This document shows, piece by piece, positions 25,838-36,322 of a stretch of 36,531 bases of DNA. The stretch is from a virus. Its lineage: Duplodnaviria > Caudoviricetes. Under the pieces are notes generated by a model. The model had not been told where the DNA came from and did no database searches. It saw only the letters and a list, made by a program, of their open reading frames with translations. Each line of letters starts with the position of its first letter. Position 1 is the first letter of the stretch. A program made the position numbers and the translations under genes. Location of the stretch: positions 1-36,531 of the IMG/VR virus record IMGVR_UViG_3300005805_000226; one strand, written 5' to 3'.

Positions 25838-27903
25838 TGGAAGAGAATTCGTTATATAATCCTGGGTTTCTTGGTGCTGGTGGATTTCACTGGTGGGTCG
25901 GACAGATTATGGACGACGCTAAGTGGAGGGAGAATATTGCTGACAAGAAGTTTGAAGGAACATCAGAAATTCCTGGATGGGGTTATCGTTATAAAGTAAG
26001 AATTATTGGTCTTCACGATAGAGAAGAGGAAACTGTTCCATCCGATCAACTTCCTTGGGCTCAAGTGATGTATCCAATCACTGCTGGTGGTGGTCAAGCG
26101 GGAGCAAGACAAACTCCTAACCTAAGGCAGGGTAATTTTGTATTTGGATTCTTCTTGGATGGTGCGGAACAAGAAGTTCCTGTTATTATGGGAGTTCTTG
26201 GAAACAATGCTCAAACAACACTTCTTAAAGAAACAAGTACGGATAAAGCTAATTATGCTGGTGTCAGTGGATATGCGAAGGGAGAAAAACCTGACCCAGT
26301 ATTAAAAGTTGCTGACGAATATATTTTAACTGACAATAAGACATTTAAAGAAGATTCTACTGCTGTTCATCTTTTACAATCTGCTGATGTAAAGAGGAAT
26401 GACTTATATACTTCTTTCACAGTTCCATTGGCATCTCCTTGCAAGAAACAAAATTCTCAGATGTCAAATATTCAGACCACAATTAAGAATCTGACATATG
26501 AGATAAACAAAATTCAACAGGAGTTCTTAAGTCCAATTGATGCTGCTGCTAGAAGTAACAAAAAAGTTGCTGAAGTAATTACGAAAGCAACAAATGCCAT
26601 ATCTGGTTATATGAAAACCATTATGGATAGAGTGAGAAGTTTTGTTATTAAGCAGTATAATAAAAAAATAGCACCAACAGTTGATAAAATATTTCCCAAC
26701 TCTAGACATAAACTCCTTGAACTAAAAGAGAAAGCAAACCTAAAACTAGTTTGTTTATTCAATAAGGTTATCGGAAATCTTCCAAAACTAATCGGAGCAT
26801 TTCTAAACAATTCATATAGTAAGTACAAAGATAAACCAACTAAGGAAAGTGATTTAATTGTTCCTCCAAAAAATGTTGGTATTGGAACTACATCTTTGAT
26901 TGATAATTATATTACTGGTGAAATTAATGGTGAAGCGGGTCCAAGACCTATTCCTGGATATGAAGAAAGACCACCAAGCAGAAGACCTGTTCCGATTTGT
27001 TCTGTTGAAGAACTTGTTGGTAATATTCTTGGAAACACCTTGCCAGAAATAACTCAAGGAATTGATCAAGCAATTGATCCTATCAATACTTTCTTAGTTG
27101 ATTATCTTTCTGAGATATCTCAAATACCTGGTGGTATTAATGTTGTAGCGGCTTCTGGAGTTTTAAACACTCAAGCATCAGCACTAAATCCATTTGTAGA
27201 CTTAGCAGTTGATACTCAAATCAATACATCAACAACTAGTTCAGTAACAATTGATAGAACTTCATCAGTGAATCAGGTAACGAATACTGGGTCATCGGCA
27301 AGTGTTTCTGATGTTGCCAATTCCATTATGACATCAATTCAGAATGGTCAGAATGTTCTTGGACAAGCAAGTGATATCTATGCTGGAATAAGTGGTGGTA
27401 ATATTCTTGGTGCTGCTGGTGCTGTTGGTGGTCAGGTAGGACAAATTGCTGGACAAGTTGGTGGAGTTGTAGGTGCTCTACAAAATGGAGACTTGCTTGG
27501 TGCTGCTGGTGCTGTTGGTGGACAAGTAGGACAAATTGCAGGTCAAATTTCTCAGTACCTTGGGAAAGGAACTTCCATCATCGGTAGTTTTGTTGGTAAT
27601 ATAACTTCTGCTTTAGGATTTATTAATTCTATCCTTAACTTCTTTAAGTGTGATGATGAACCACAATGCCCTCAAGCACTTGGTTATAGACTACACGATG
27701 GAAGTGTTGGAACTGCTCAAGCAGATAAACCAAATCTAACTAATATTGCTAAAGCAGCAGAGACCGCAGAGAAGGTTGGTGATGCTCTCATTGCTCAACC
27801 TTTTGCAACTCCAACTCAGAATACTGAGAGAACTCAAAATGTGAAAGCAGATGGAACTAGTGTTCAACAAGGTCCTTATACTGTCAGTGTCAGGACTACG
27901 TGA
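25837..27903 (+). CDS. gp5: gp5-like baseplate hub protein (N-terminal OB fold)
   Basis: WWVGQI, RYKVRIIGLH, LPWAQV, VFGFFLDG...PVIMG; no T4-lysozyme motif recognised. Confidence 0.8.
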   Translation: MEENSLYNPGFLGAGGFHWWVGQIMDDAKWRENIADKKFEGTSEIPGWGYRYKVRIIGLHDREEETVPSDQLPWAQVMYPITAGGGQAGARQTPNLRQGNFVFGFFLDGAEQEVPVIMGVLGNNAQTTLLKETSTDKANYAGVSGYAKGEKPDPVLKVADEYILTDNKTFKEDSTAVHLLQSADVKRNDLYTSFTVPLASPCKKQNSQMSNIQTTIKNLTYEINKIQQEFLSPIDAAARSNKKVAEVITKATNAISGYMKTIMDRVRSFVIKQYNKKIAPTVDKIFPNSRHKLLELKEKANLKLVCLFNKVIGNLPKLIGAFLNNSYSKYKDKPTKESDLIVPPKNVGIGTTSLIDNYITGEINGEAGPRPIPGYEERPPSRRPVPICSVEELVGNILGNTLPEITQGIDQAIDPINTFLVDYLSEISQIPGGINVVAASGVLNTQASALNPFVDLAVDTQINTSTTSSVTIDRTSSVNQVTNTGSSASVSDVANSIMTSIQNGQNVLGQASDIYAGISGGNILGAAGAVGGQVGQIAGQVGGVVGALQNGDLLGAAGAVGGQVGQIAGQISQYLGKGTSIIGSFVGNITSALGFINSILNFFKCDDEPQCPQALGYRLHDGSVGTAQADKPNLTNIAKAAETAEKVGDALIAQPFATPTQNTERTQNVKADGTSVQQGPYTVSVRTT
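27406..27547 (+). repeat. Two ~52-nt in-frame repeats, 90-nt period
   Basis: LGAAGAVGGQVGQIAGQ encoded at 27406 and 27496 with synonymous differences. Confidence 0.85.
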
Positions 27904-27949
27904 ATAAATATACTAGACAGATGAGATGTGGTAATAACTAAAATAAAGT

Positions 27950-30733
27950 ATGGCAGATTTACTTGGACCATTACCCGATAATCTAGTAAGAGTTGGATAT
28001 ATATCTACTACTCGTGGATATGTACCTGGACTTACTGTATACCAGGCTAATGTCTATGCCGAATCTAACCCAGGTACAACTTTTATTTTTGAAGATGGAA
28101 ACAATAACGTCAACTATTTGAAAATTGATCAAGTAAATCAATTAACTAATGACGACGTTATTAGAACAGAAGAATGTAAAACTGAAGTTGTGGAGTGTGG
28201 ATCAAAACCGCCTAAGATTGTTATCTCTGGTGGTGGGGGAATAGGTGCTGCGGGAAATCCTATTGTTGATCCAAATACAGGTGCTATTATTGCTGTAGAT
28301 GTTATTTCTGGTGGATTTGGATATAGTAGTCCACCTACCGCTGAAGTTGTAGACGATTGTAATATAGGTAGCGGAGCAACTCTGGATGTTGAAGTTGGAG
28401 CAGCTCCTACTTATATTGAAACCTTTGATGAAGTTGAAGATTATAATCTGGAAGAACCTGAAGAATTTAAACTTGATGATGAAGAGATAGAATTATATGA
28501 TCCTGATGGAAACTTGGTTGGTAGATGGGATCCTGTAGATTACTATCCTGACCCTGCTGATCTTGGAGAACTTGATGATCCCATTCAAAAAGAGATTTTA
28601 GAATATCAAAATTTCATACGAACAATTAAAAATCCTTGGTGGACAACAAGAACAATTAAACCCGGAAGTATTGTTTCTGGAACGCAATCTTTCCCACAAG
28701 CGTATAATGTAATTCTTCCTCCAGACCTTAGAACTAACTTAGAAAGAAGTTCTGCTAAGGTCTGGACGGGATTTATGGATACATATGCTATTTCTCCAGT
28801 CCCTCCTTCAAATGTTAGGGGTAGTGATTATGCTGGTAAACTATTCACTATGAATTGGAGTGTAAACTTTCCTTATGATGGAGAATATATTTTTAGAGGT
28901 TCTTGTGATAATAAATCAAATCTTTATATTGATCAGGCAAAAGTATTTGAACTAGGAGACTTTTCCTCCCCACCAAGACTGATAAAGAAATTCGTAAAGA
29001 AAGGTCTCCATAGTTTACGAATTGATTTACTTAATCAGGAGATTTATCAAAACACTCCAACAGAACCAATTAGTATTCCTACTCCAGGTAGAGATATTAC
29101 TGGTCAAGTGAATCACAGATTTAACAATACTGAAAATAGAGATGTTTCTTTATCTAATACTGGCATAGTTCAAAATGTATTTCCCGAAGGTAGAGAATCT
29201 CCAGATGGAATTTTTGGAACTAGTTTAGCAGAAAAGCATTATCTAGTTACCCTTGATGGGGAATATGGGAACATCGTTGTTATTCCTGGAACTAGCACTG
29301 CTGGTGGTAGAGGTGATTCGGGTATTTCTGTTGCTAGAGTTCAAAAAGAATCCAAAACAACTTTTAGGGTTTGGTTTAATCACTCTGGTGGATTTAATAC
29401 TTATGTAAATTCTTTTACTGTAAAGGTAATAAGTGACCCAACTACTCAAGTACAAACTCCACAAGAACTACCAGTTACTAGTATTGAACCATCTAGTTCT
29501 GCTCCTAGTATTAAGGTACAAACTGTTTTCAATACTATAGATTATATTGATAAAGCTGATGTACCTCTTTATAGAGTTGATAGTTCTCCTTATAATAGAG
29601 AGTTTATAACAAAAAATGGAGTTACTCCAGTAGCATCTCAAGATGAAGCATCTGCAGGACAGTATGTTATTCGTTGGCAATATGTTGAGTTCCCCGTTGA
29701 TGGTTTATATGATGTAACTATTGGTGGTGATGATAATGTAACGGTATATATTGGTAATAGTGCTACTGGTGGAAATGCTGATAATGGAAGTAGATTAATA
29801 CCAATTGAAGAGGGTGGGGATGAAGTTATCATTCAAAAGGAAGGATATAGAGAACCAGGAAAACCAAATCCAATTTCACCATCTCAAGTTTTCTTCAAAG
29901 CAGGTAGATATAGAATTCGTGTTGAGTTGGATCAAGTTGTAGACAAGTCTTATCTGGCAGTTGCTATTGATATTAAGACATCAGTTACCGCATCTCAATC
30001 AGTATCACCTAGGTCTTGGAATGAAAATCCAATGGGAGTGGCACTGACAATTGAAGCACCACCAGCCCCAATTCCGCAGGAGGTTAAGCCACCACAAAGA
30101 GGTCGTTGTCCTAATAATCCTATTTGGTCTACAAGAGATCCTGGCGCATCTCAGCAGTGGTATCCTGTAGAAATTCCTCCAGACAAGAGTAATAAAATTG
30201 GCGATCAATATATCAATAGATATACAATGTCTCCAGTTCCTCCACTTGATACTCCAAATACAGATGGATCTGGAGTTCTTTGGTCAAACACTTGGAGAAT
30301 AAATGTACCATTCACTGGTAATTATAGAATTGATGGTACGAAGAGAGGAGTTGCTAGAATTAAAGTTGATGGAAAAGTTGTAACTGGACTTACGGGAGAA
30401 GCAGAAAACTTTGGGTCTGACTTATCTTGGGTACAAAATAACTTTGCTGGGTGGGAAGATCCAAAAACAAGTGTTGTTAAGATTGGTAGAAAATCAACCT
30501 TCATAAGACTAGAAGAAGGTGAGCACGAAATTGCTGTTGAACTGATCGGTATTCCAAAGAAGCAAGTTAACTATATTGATGAAGTAATATTCAGCAGTGC
30601 TAAGTCAATCAATGAAGCAACAATCCCTCTATATCATACAAACTTTAAGGGTTGGACGGAATTCTTAAATAGAGAGAACGTAACACCTTGCGAAAAGGCA
30701 AATACAAACTCATCCACACCACGGACGCGATAA
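27950..30733 (+). CDS. Virion protein with PA14-like repeats
   Basis: Repeated W.V.FPYDG.Y...DN modules; GGGG.GA and GFGYSSPP motifs. AATAAATA at 27903-27910. Confidence 0.75.
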   Translation: MADLLGPLPDNLVRVGYISTTRGYVPGLTVYQANVYAESNPGTTFIFEDGNNNVNYLKIDQVNQLTNDDVIRTEECKTEVVECGSKPPKIVISGGGGIGAAGNPIVDPNTGAIIAVDVISGGFGYSSPPTAEVVDDCNIGSGATLDVEVGAAPTYIETFDEVEDYNLEEPEEFKLDDEEIELYDPDGNLVGRWDPVDYYPDPADLGELDDPIQKEILEYQNFIRTIKNPWWTTRTIKPGSIVSGTQSFPQAYNVILPPDLRTNLERSSAKVWTGFMDTYAISPVPPSNVRGSDYAGKLFTMNWSVNFPYDGEYIFRGSCDNKSNLYIDQAKVFELGDFSSPPRLIKKFVKKGLHSLRIDLLNQEIYQNTPTEPISIPTPGRDITGQVNHRFNNTENRDVSLSNTGIVQNVFPEGRESPDGIFGTSLAEKHYLVTLDGEYGNIVVIPGTSTAGGRGDSGISVARVQKESKTTFRVWFNHSGGFNTYVNSFTVKVISDPTTQVQTPQELPVTSIEPSSSAPSIKVQTVFNTIDYIDKADVPLYRVDSSPYNREFITKNGVTPVASQDEASAGQYVIRWQYVEFPVDGLYDVTIGGDDNVTVYIGNSATGGNADNGSRLIPIEEGGDEVIIQKEGYREPGKPNPISPSQVFFKAGRYRIRVELDQVVDKSYLAVAIDIKTSVTASQSVSPRSWNENPMGVALTIEAPPAPIPQEVKPPQRGRCPNNPIWSTRDPGASQQWYPVEIPPDKSNKIGDQYINRYTMSPVPPLDTPNTDGSGVLWSNTWRINVPFTGNYRIDGTKRGVARIKVDGKVVTGLTGEAENFGSDLSWVQNNFAGWEDPKTSVVKIGRKSTFIRLEEGEHEIAVELIGIPKKQVNYIDEVIFSSAKSINEATIPLYHTNFKGWTEFLNRENVTPCEKANTNSSTPRTR

Positions 30734-30735
30734 AA

Positions 30736-32547
30736 ATGGTAGTATATAATCAAATTCAACAGCAACCACAACAAGTAGTAAATCCAAACACTGGCACTAT
30801 AATATATGCAATTGCAAGTGGTGGCGGCAATTTTGCTTTAAATCGTGTAGCTGGTAGACCCATTGTTGGTGAAGGTGGAAGTGGTGGACTGGGTGGAAGT
30901 GGTGATCAAGGTGGATTTGGTGGTGGTGCTGGATTGATATCTGGTGGATCTGCTCCATCTGGAGGAGAACTAAGAGGTGGATCTGGTGTCACTCTAGATG
31001 GTAGCGTTAGTGGGTCTGCAAGTGGTCCTGATGGTGCTGGATTTGGTGGTGGTGGAGCAGGACAAAGATTAGAATATATTAGTGCAACCGGAAAAGTTAG
31101 AGGGTTAACGAGGTCTGGTGATGGTGGTGATGGTGCAGTTAGACTTAAATTTAATGGTCAAGTTGTAGACTTTACAAAACCAAGTCCAAGTAGTTATTCC
31201 TTCCAGGTCCCAGATGGTGTCACCACAATGGAGGTCATCTGTATTGGTGGTGGAGCATCAGGCGGTGTTGCGGGTGATCTCGTTAGTTCTACTCCAAATA
31301 TTTTGTCAACTAGAGGTGGTCCTGGTGGGGGATTTTCTAGAAATATAGTAAATGTTACTCCCGGATCAATACTTGAAATACGTGTAGGCGCTGGTGGAAA
31401 GGCACCAACAATAGCTGATCTTACTGCATCGGGTATTCCGGATCAGGTTCAGGGTAGAGATGGTGAAGCAAGTTCTGTTGCCCTTAATACGCCAAGTCCA
31501 TCACCACCACCGCCAGTAGTACCTGATCCTCCAGCACCTCCTCCACCGATTGAAGAGGATATATTTCCTTGTGAAGGTGAATTTAGTTGGTGTTGGGAAA
31601 AGGTTAACTTCCCATATGACGGAGCGTATAGTATACAGTTTGAAGCAGATAACTTCGCTGAACTATCAATTGGAGGTAGATTTATTTCTAGAGCAGAACT
31701 ACAAAATACAAAAGCACCTTTTTCTGTTAACCTTACGAAAGGAGTTTATGATATTTGTGTTAAACTTACAAATACTCCCATTGGTGCCAAATCATTTATC
31801 GAAAATCCCTCTGGTATTGGATTAGTTATTAGATATAGAAGATCGGTTGAGGGTGATAATGCCTCTTGGGCAGAAAATCCTCTTGGTATTTCTGCTTCTC
31901 TTTATGCTCCACCCTGTCCAAAAGAATCAGGTGGTGTTGGAGTAGTGACTTCAATCTATCCCGTTGATCCTGGAAATGGATATCCTGCTGGAAGTGGAGC
32001 TGGTCCATCGTATCCAGTTGCTTTAGTACCAAGTAGATTTGATATTATAAATCCTGGTATTGGATATGCTCTTGGTGACGAATTAATTTTTGATCCACCA
32101 ATTGATCCAGCACCAGTTGTTTGTGAGGTTGGACCTTATGGTGATGTTCAGAGAATATGTTTTACTCCAAATCCAATACCTCCTGCTGCTCCAAGACTTG
32201 TGAGCACAACTGGAGATGGTGTAAATCTTGAGGTTATTCCTAGACTAGATGTTGTTCGGGATCCGATTGATGTTGATCCAGAAAAACTCATTCAAGTAAC
32301 TGATTTAGTTGGTCTTAAGCAGACTGGTTACATTAATGGTCGTGCTTATTTTGGTTCAGTCTTCTTCAAAGATGGAGTCCGATATGCTGGAGTTTATGAG
32401 ACTGCTGGTGAGTTGATTCAAGTGTATGACACTCTACAAGAAAGTATTGGTGCTCAAGTTATTACACCTCCCGATGCGATTCAGAGATATGGTACTGATA
32501 CTAAGAGTAATAATCCAAATCTCAATATTCCAGGAACTCCTCAGTGA
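30736..32547 (+). CDS. Virion protein with Gly-rich, Pro-rich and PA14-like parts
   Basis: ATG 30736 lies 2 nt after the upstream stop; CIGGGASGG, VGAGG, VNFPYDGAY...ADN. Confidence 0.75.
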   Translation: MVVYNQIQQQPQQVVNPNTGTIIYAIASGGGNFALNRVAGRPIVGEGGSGGLGGSGDQGGFGGGAGLISGGSAPSGGELRGGSGVTLDGSVSGSASGPDGAGFGGGGAGQRLEYISATGKVRGLTRSGDGGDGAVRLKFNGQVVDFTKPSPSSYSFQVPDGVTTMEVICIGGGASGGVAGDLVSSTPNILSTRGGPGGGFSRNIVNVTPGSILEIRVGAGGKAPTIADLTASGIPDQVQGRDGEASSVALNTPSPSPPPPVVPDPPAPPPPIEEDIFPCEGEFSWCWEKVNFPYDGAYSIQFEADNFAELSIGGRFISRAELQNTKAPFSVNLTKGVYDICVKLTNTPIGAKSFIENPSGIGLVIRYRRSVEGDNASWAENPLGISASLYAPPCPKESGGVGVVTSIYPVDPGNGYPAGSGAGPSYPVALVPSRFDIINPGIGYALGDELIFDPPIDPAPVVCEVGPYGDVQRICFTPNPIPPAAPRLVSTTGDGVNLEVIPRLDVVRDPIDVDPEKLIQVTDLVGLKQTGYINGRAYFGSVFFKDGVRYAGVYETAGELIQVYDTLQESIGAQVITPPDAIQRYGTDTKSNNPNLNIPGTPQ

Positions 32548-32585
32548 ATCTGGATTAAATAGTAATATATTGTTGATATCTAATC

Positions 32586-33221
32586 GTGCCAGTATCTCAT
32601 AATACACAAAGAGCAAATACAAGAAATAGTAACGCTGCTAAGAGTAATTTTAGTACGATATCATATGGTCAGAAAGATGCTTCAATATCTTTCGGACACA
32701 TTCATAAACCTGGTGATGTGATTTCTGATATCTTCCTTCAAGGTGAAGATGGAAGACATCATTTCTCAATGGATAAAGATGGGCAGAGAAAGGGGTGGAC
32801 TACTTCATCTTCTCCAGGGAACTTCCAACTTCTTTGTGGAATGGATACTCCTGGTGATAAAGATACAATGCTTCTTTGTGCTCAGAACGGAAACATTGTC
32901 ATTCGTGCGATGAATGGTCGTATTCGTTTAGAAGCACTTGATATTGATATTATCGCTGAGAGTGTTAGTAATGGTAGAGGAAATATTCAAGTCAAAGCAA
33001 ATGAAGGAATAAAGCTTGATTGTAAAAACCTAAATATGACAGCATCATCTTCCTGGAAGATTGTTTCTACAGGTATTGGAGAGATGACAGCAAATACAAC
33101 TTTAAAAGTTTATAGTTCTTTGATAAGGGGTGTAACTGACGCTGTGGCAAATAGAGATAGTAAAGTTGGTGGAAGAAGTTTCAAGAGAAGAGAACTTGAT
33201 AAAGATCTTAGTATCGTTTGA
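32586..33221 (+). CDS. Putative spike/beta-helix baseplate protein
   Basis: GTG start; short beta-repeat pattern (GNIVIRAMNGRIRLEA, GNIQVKANEGIKLD). Confidence 0.6.
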   Translation: MPVSHNTQRANTRNSNAAKSNFSTISYGQKDASISFGHIHKPGDVISDIFLQGEDGRHHFSMDKDGQRKGWTTSSSPGNFQLLCGMDTPGDKDTMLLCAQNGNIVIRAMNGRIRLEALDIDIIAESVSNGRGNIQVKANEGIKLDCKNLNMTASSSWKIVSTGIGEMTANTTLKVYSSLIRGVTDAVANRDSKVGGRSFKRRELDKDLSIV

Positions 33222-33236
33222 TTGGAGGTAATGTAA

Positions 33237-34022
33237 ATGTCTTTTCTTCTAGATGATATTGCTGTAGGTGGTCAAATATTTTGTGGGGCAGGGAGTCCTA
33301 TTGCCCTTGGAATAGGTGAAGCAAAAATTAGAGGTTCTGCTTTTGTGGAGGGTCCTCAAATTATTGGTAGAGCAACTGAGTTTCCTATAGTTGCTGGAAC
33401 TGTAATGATTGCTCCTTTGAACAATCCAGACTCACCAGAACCTTTTGTTCCTGGGGCACTCTGTAGACCAGCAGCAAATCCATTTTCTTTGATTGTATCT
33501 GGTAATGCTGGTGTTATTGGTAGATTGGATGTTGACGAATTGTTACAATGTGGCAATGATATTGTTGCTGTTGGAAATGTAAAATCGCAATGTGGGGGTC
33601 ACGTTTTATCTAAAAAGAAAGACTTTGATATTCAACACCCAACTAAGGAAGGTTGGAGACTTACTCACGCTTGTGTAGAAGGACCCGAAGCAGCTGTATA
33701 TGTAAGAGGTAGAATCACAAACAAGAAAGAAATTGAACTGCCAGATTATTGGAGAAAACTTGTTGATCCTTCAACAATCACAGTTTCACTAACTCCGATT
33801 GGTTCTCATCAGAATGTAATTGTTAAGAGAATTGGTGATAACAAAGTCTATCTCCAGTCAAATGGTGGTATGCCAATTGATTGTTTCTATCATATTTTTG
33901 GAGAAAGAATTGATACTGAGAAACTAATACCAGAATATCCCGGAACCATTGAGGATTATCCTGGCGATAATTCTCAAAGGTCTATTGTTGGATATCACTA
34001 TGATGTTAAGGAGAATGTATAA
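33237..34022 (+). CDS. Structural protein with a C-terminal chaperone-like domain
   Basis: KDFDIQHPTKEGWRLTHACVEGPE...IELPDYW; GGAGGT RBS. Confidence 0.7.
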   Translation: MSFLLDDIAVGGQIFCGAGSPIALGIGEAKIRGSAFVEGPQIIGRATEFPIVAGTVMIAPLNNPDSPEPFVPGALCRPAANPFSLIVSGNAGVIGRLDVDELLQCGNDIVAVGNVKSQCGGHVLSKKKDFDIQHPTKEGWRLTHACVEGPEAAVYVRGRITNKKEIELPDYWRKLVDPSTITVSLTPIGSHQNVIVKRIGDNKVYLQSNGGMPIDCFYHIFGERIDTEKLIPEYPGTIEDYPGDNSQRSIVGYHYDVKENV

Positions 34023-36079
34023 TGGCAAAAGCACCCGCTAAAAGAGCAATTTCTTTCACTGGTCCTGGTGGTGGAATTTCTGGAGGATTTACCCCATCAA
34101 GCAATTCACTATCAGAACTTTCTGGTATAGAAGTTGATGGATTAATTGGTAATTATTATGTGGATTCTGGTGGAACAATGGCACAAGACTCCAGAAGTTC
34201 TCCTCAAAATCTTTCTGGATCTGTAGCATATTCTAGTTACTCTAATGTTTCCAATAGCACAGAATCTATCAGTGGTATTTCAAATTATACCAAGATTGGT
34301 TCTTTAGTTCGTTGTTATAGTCCAGATGGTGATGGATTTGGAACTGACTTTGATACGAGTGCTGATGGTAGTGTTATCTTTGTTTCTGCCCCAAGTGCTT
34401 CTGGTTCTGGTACATCAGTTCCTGATAGAAGATTGGGTATAGGAAACACGGATATTGGTGTTATCTATGAATTTAATCGTGATGGTTATAAAGGGGTTGT
34501 TCAGATTTATGATCCACTTGAGGATGAAGCGGGTAACGAAACTTGTTCTCTGATTGCTAATCCTTACAATGGAACGAATGAAGTTGGTATTATTACTGGT
34601 AGAGTTGGATATCCATTCCTAGGAAAGCAGGTTCAAACAAATAAAGATGGAACTATCATTGCAGCAAAACTTTCCAAGGTTGAAGTAGTAGTAAACGAAG
34701 AAGTTGGTATTGGCACTACTTCACAATTAATTGTTTTAAGGGATAAAGTTGTAGTCTATCAACGAGGAAGATCTGCTAACGGAAGTCCAAATTATGTAAG
34801 AATTTCTAACCTTGAAGGTAGTGATAATTCTTCATATGCAACAACCTTCACTATGAGCGGTGATGGTAAAATGGTCTTTGTTAATTGCCCAGAAGAAAAA
34901 GCAACTGGGTGTGGTGGTGCTGAAATTACTGGTAGAGTATATGCCTATGAAAGAAATAAGAGAGAATATACTTTACTTGGAGTAATTGATATTGGTGAAA
35001 TAATTGGTCCATCTGATTCATCACAGAACTTTGGTCTAAAGTTAGCAACAAACTTAGACGGTAGTATTCTTGCTGCTAGTGATGATAATGCAACTTATAT
35101 TCTCAACAGAAACAAAGAATATTATGACAACTATTATATTGATGGTTGTGATTTTGATAGACCTAGAGACAAACATCCACCTTATATTGTAACCAGGGTA
35201 CTATCAGGTGTTTCTCCATTGGATATGAGTGATGATGGTAGAGCAATTATTGTTTCTGAACCTGCAGGAAATGTAAAACTATTCTTCTCTAATGGAAAGG
35301 GAAATAATTACACCTCAGTTTCTGAATTAGATAGTTTTGTTCCAACATATGGTTCTATAACTGCAGATGGAAAAACCATTGCTTTAAGCACCAATTCTTT
35401 AACAAAAATTTATAATTATCAAAGAGATGAATTATATCTGGTCTGTCAGTTTGCCACTTCTGGAAAGACTAAACTAAGTTCGGATGGTAACATTCTCTTT
35501 GACGGTGCTGGTGACTTTTATGGGCAAGAAAGAGAAACATATGTTTATGCTGATGCTTCAGGCAATATTGGAATTGGAACACCATTACCATCAGCAAAAC
35601 TTGATGTTAATGGAAATGTAAAAGTTGGTGGTGATGTTATTCTTTCTGCCGGTGGAAAACTTCAAGGAAATGCTACGGGTCTTACTGGTAGTCCAAGCAT
35701 TGCTGTTGGTGCTATCAATGCTGTTAGTTTAAGTGTCTCTGGATCTAAGAGTTTTGATATTCCTCACCCAATCAAGGAAGGGTGGAGATTAAAATACATC
35801 TGTTTGGAAGGACCAAGTGCTGATGTTTATATTAGAGGAAAACTTGTAGATTCAAATATTATTGAACTTCCTGATTACTGGTCTGAGTTAGTGGATCAAG
35901 AAACAATTATGGTCAATCTAACTCCCTTTGGTGTTTATCAAGAATTATTTGTTGAGAAAATTGAGTGGGGAAGTAGAATTATTGTGAAGAACAATTCTGG
36001 AGGTCCAATAAACTGTTCATATGTGGTCTATGCGGAACGGAAGGACGTGGACAGAAATCAAAGTGAATACCAGCCTTGA
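34022..36079 (+). CDS. Tail fibre/receptor-binding-like protein (beta-propeller repeats plus the same C-terminal domain)
   Basis: Repeated S.DG motifs, GNIGIGT.P...LDVNG, KSFDIPHPIKEGWRLKYICLEGP. Confidence 0.7.
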   Translation: MAKAPAKRAISFTGPGGGISGGFTPSSNSLSELSGIEVDGLIGNYYVDSGGTMAQDSRSSPQNLSGSVAYSSYSNVSNSTESISGISNYTKIGSLVRCYSPDGDGFGTDFDTSADGSVIFVSAPSASGSGTSVPDRRLGIGNTDIGVIYEFNRDGYKGVVQIYDPLEDEAGNETCSLIANPYNGTNEVGIITGRVGYPFLGKQVQTNKDGTIIAAKLSKVEVVVNEEVGIGTTSQLIVLRDKVVVYQRGRSANGSPNYVRISNLEGSDNSSYATTFTMSGDGKMVFVNCPEEKATGCGGAEITGRVYAYERNKREYTLLGVIDIGEIIGPSDSSQNFGLKLATNLDGSILAASDDNATYILNRNKEYYDNYYIDGCDFDRPRDKHPPYIVTRVLSGVSPLDMSDDGRAIIVSEPAGNVKLFFSNGKGNNYTSVSELDSFVPTYGSITADGKTIALSTNSLTKIYNYQRDELYLVCQFATSGKTKLSSDGNILFDGAGDFYGQERETYVYADASGNIGIGTPLPSAKLDVNGNVKVGGDVILSAGGKLQGNATGLTGSPSIAVGAINAVSLSVSGSKSFDIPHPIKEGWRLKYICLEGPSADVYIRGKLVDSNIIELPDYWSELVDQETIMVNLTPFGVYQELFVEKIEWGSRIIVKNNSGGPINCSYVVYAERKDVDRNQSEYQP

Positions 36080-36105
36080 CGGTGGCGGCCGTGGGGTGCT
36101 ATGAT
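36076..36105 (+). promoter_or_regulatory. Sigma70-type promoter
   Basis: TTGACG 36076-36081, 18 nt, TG-n-TATGAT 36100-36105. GGGGTGCTATGATA (36093-36106) is identical to 740-753. Confidence 0.75.
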
Positions 36106-36131
36106 ATGTGGGTAATCAACGGACAGACCGA

Positions 36132-36314
36132 ATGAGCGATGAGTACCTGGCACGATGTGTAGTGGACCCTATCAAGCGTAAAGTGTATCTTTACTCTAGC
36201 GAGGGTTCAGAACGTGAAGTGTCCTGTGATACCGTTGAGGAGTTTATGAATGTGCTAGACTTCGTTCGTGCTACACTAGATGAGGACACACTTTCTTATG
36301 CAAGTCCTCTCTGA
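36132..36314 (+). CDS. Hypothetical protein
   Basis: ATG 36132 downstream of the promoter; 60 aa. Confidence 0.75.
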   Translation: MSDEYLARCVVDPIKRKVYLYSSEGSEREVSCDTVEEFMNVLDFVRATLDEDTLSYASPL

Positions 36315-36322
36315 AATCAAAA

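Noticed and set aside
27406-27547. Repeat pair as a diversity-generating retroelement TR/VR
   Set aside because: Differences are synonymous, both copies are in frame in one gene, and no reverse transcriptase is present in the window.
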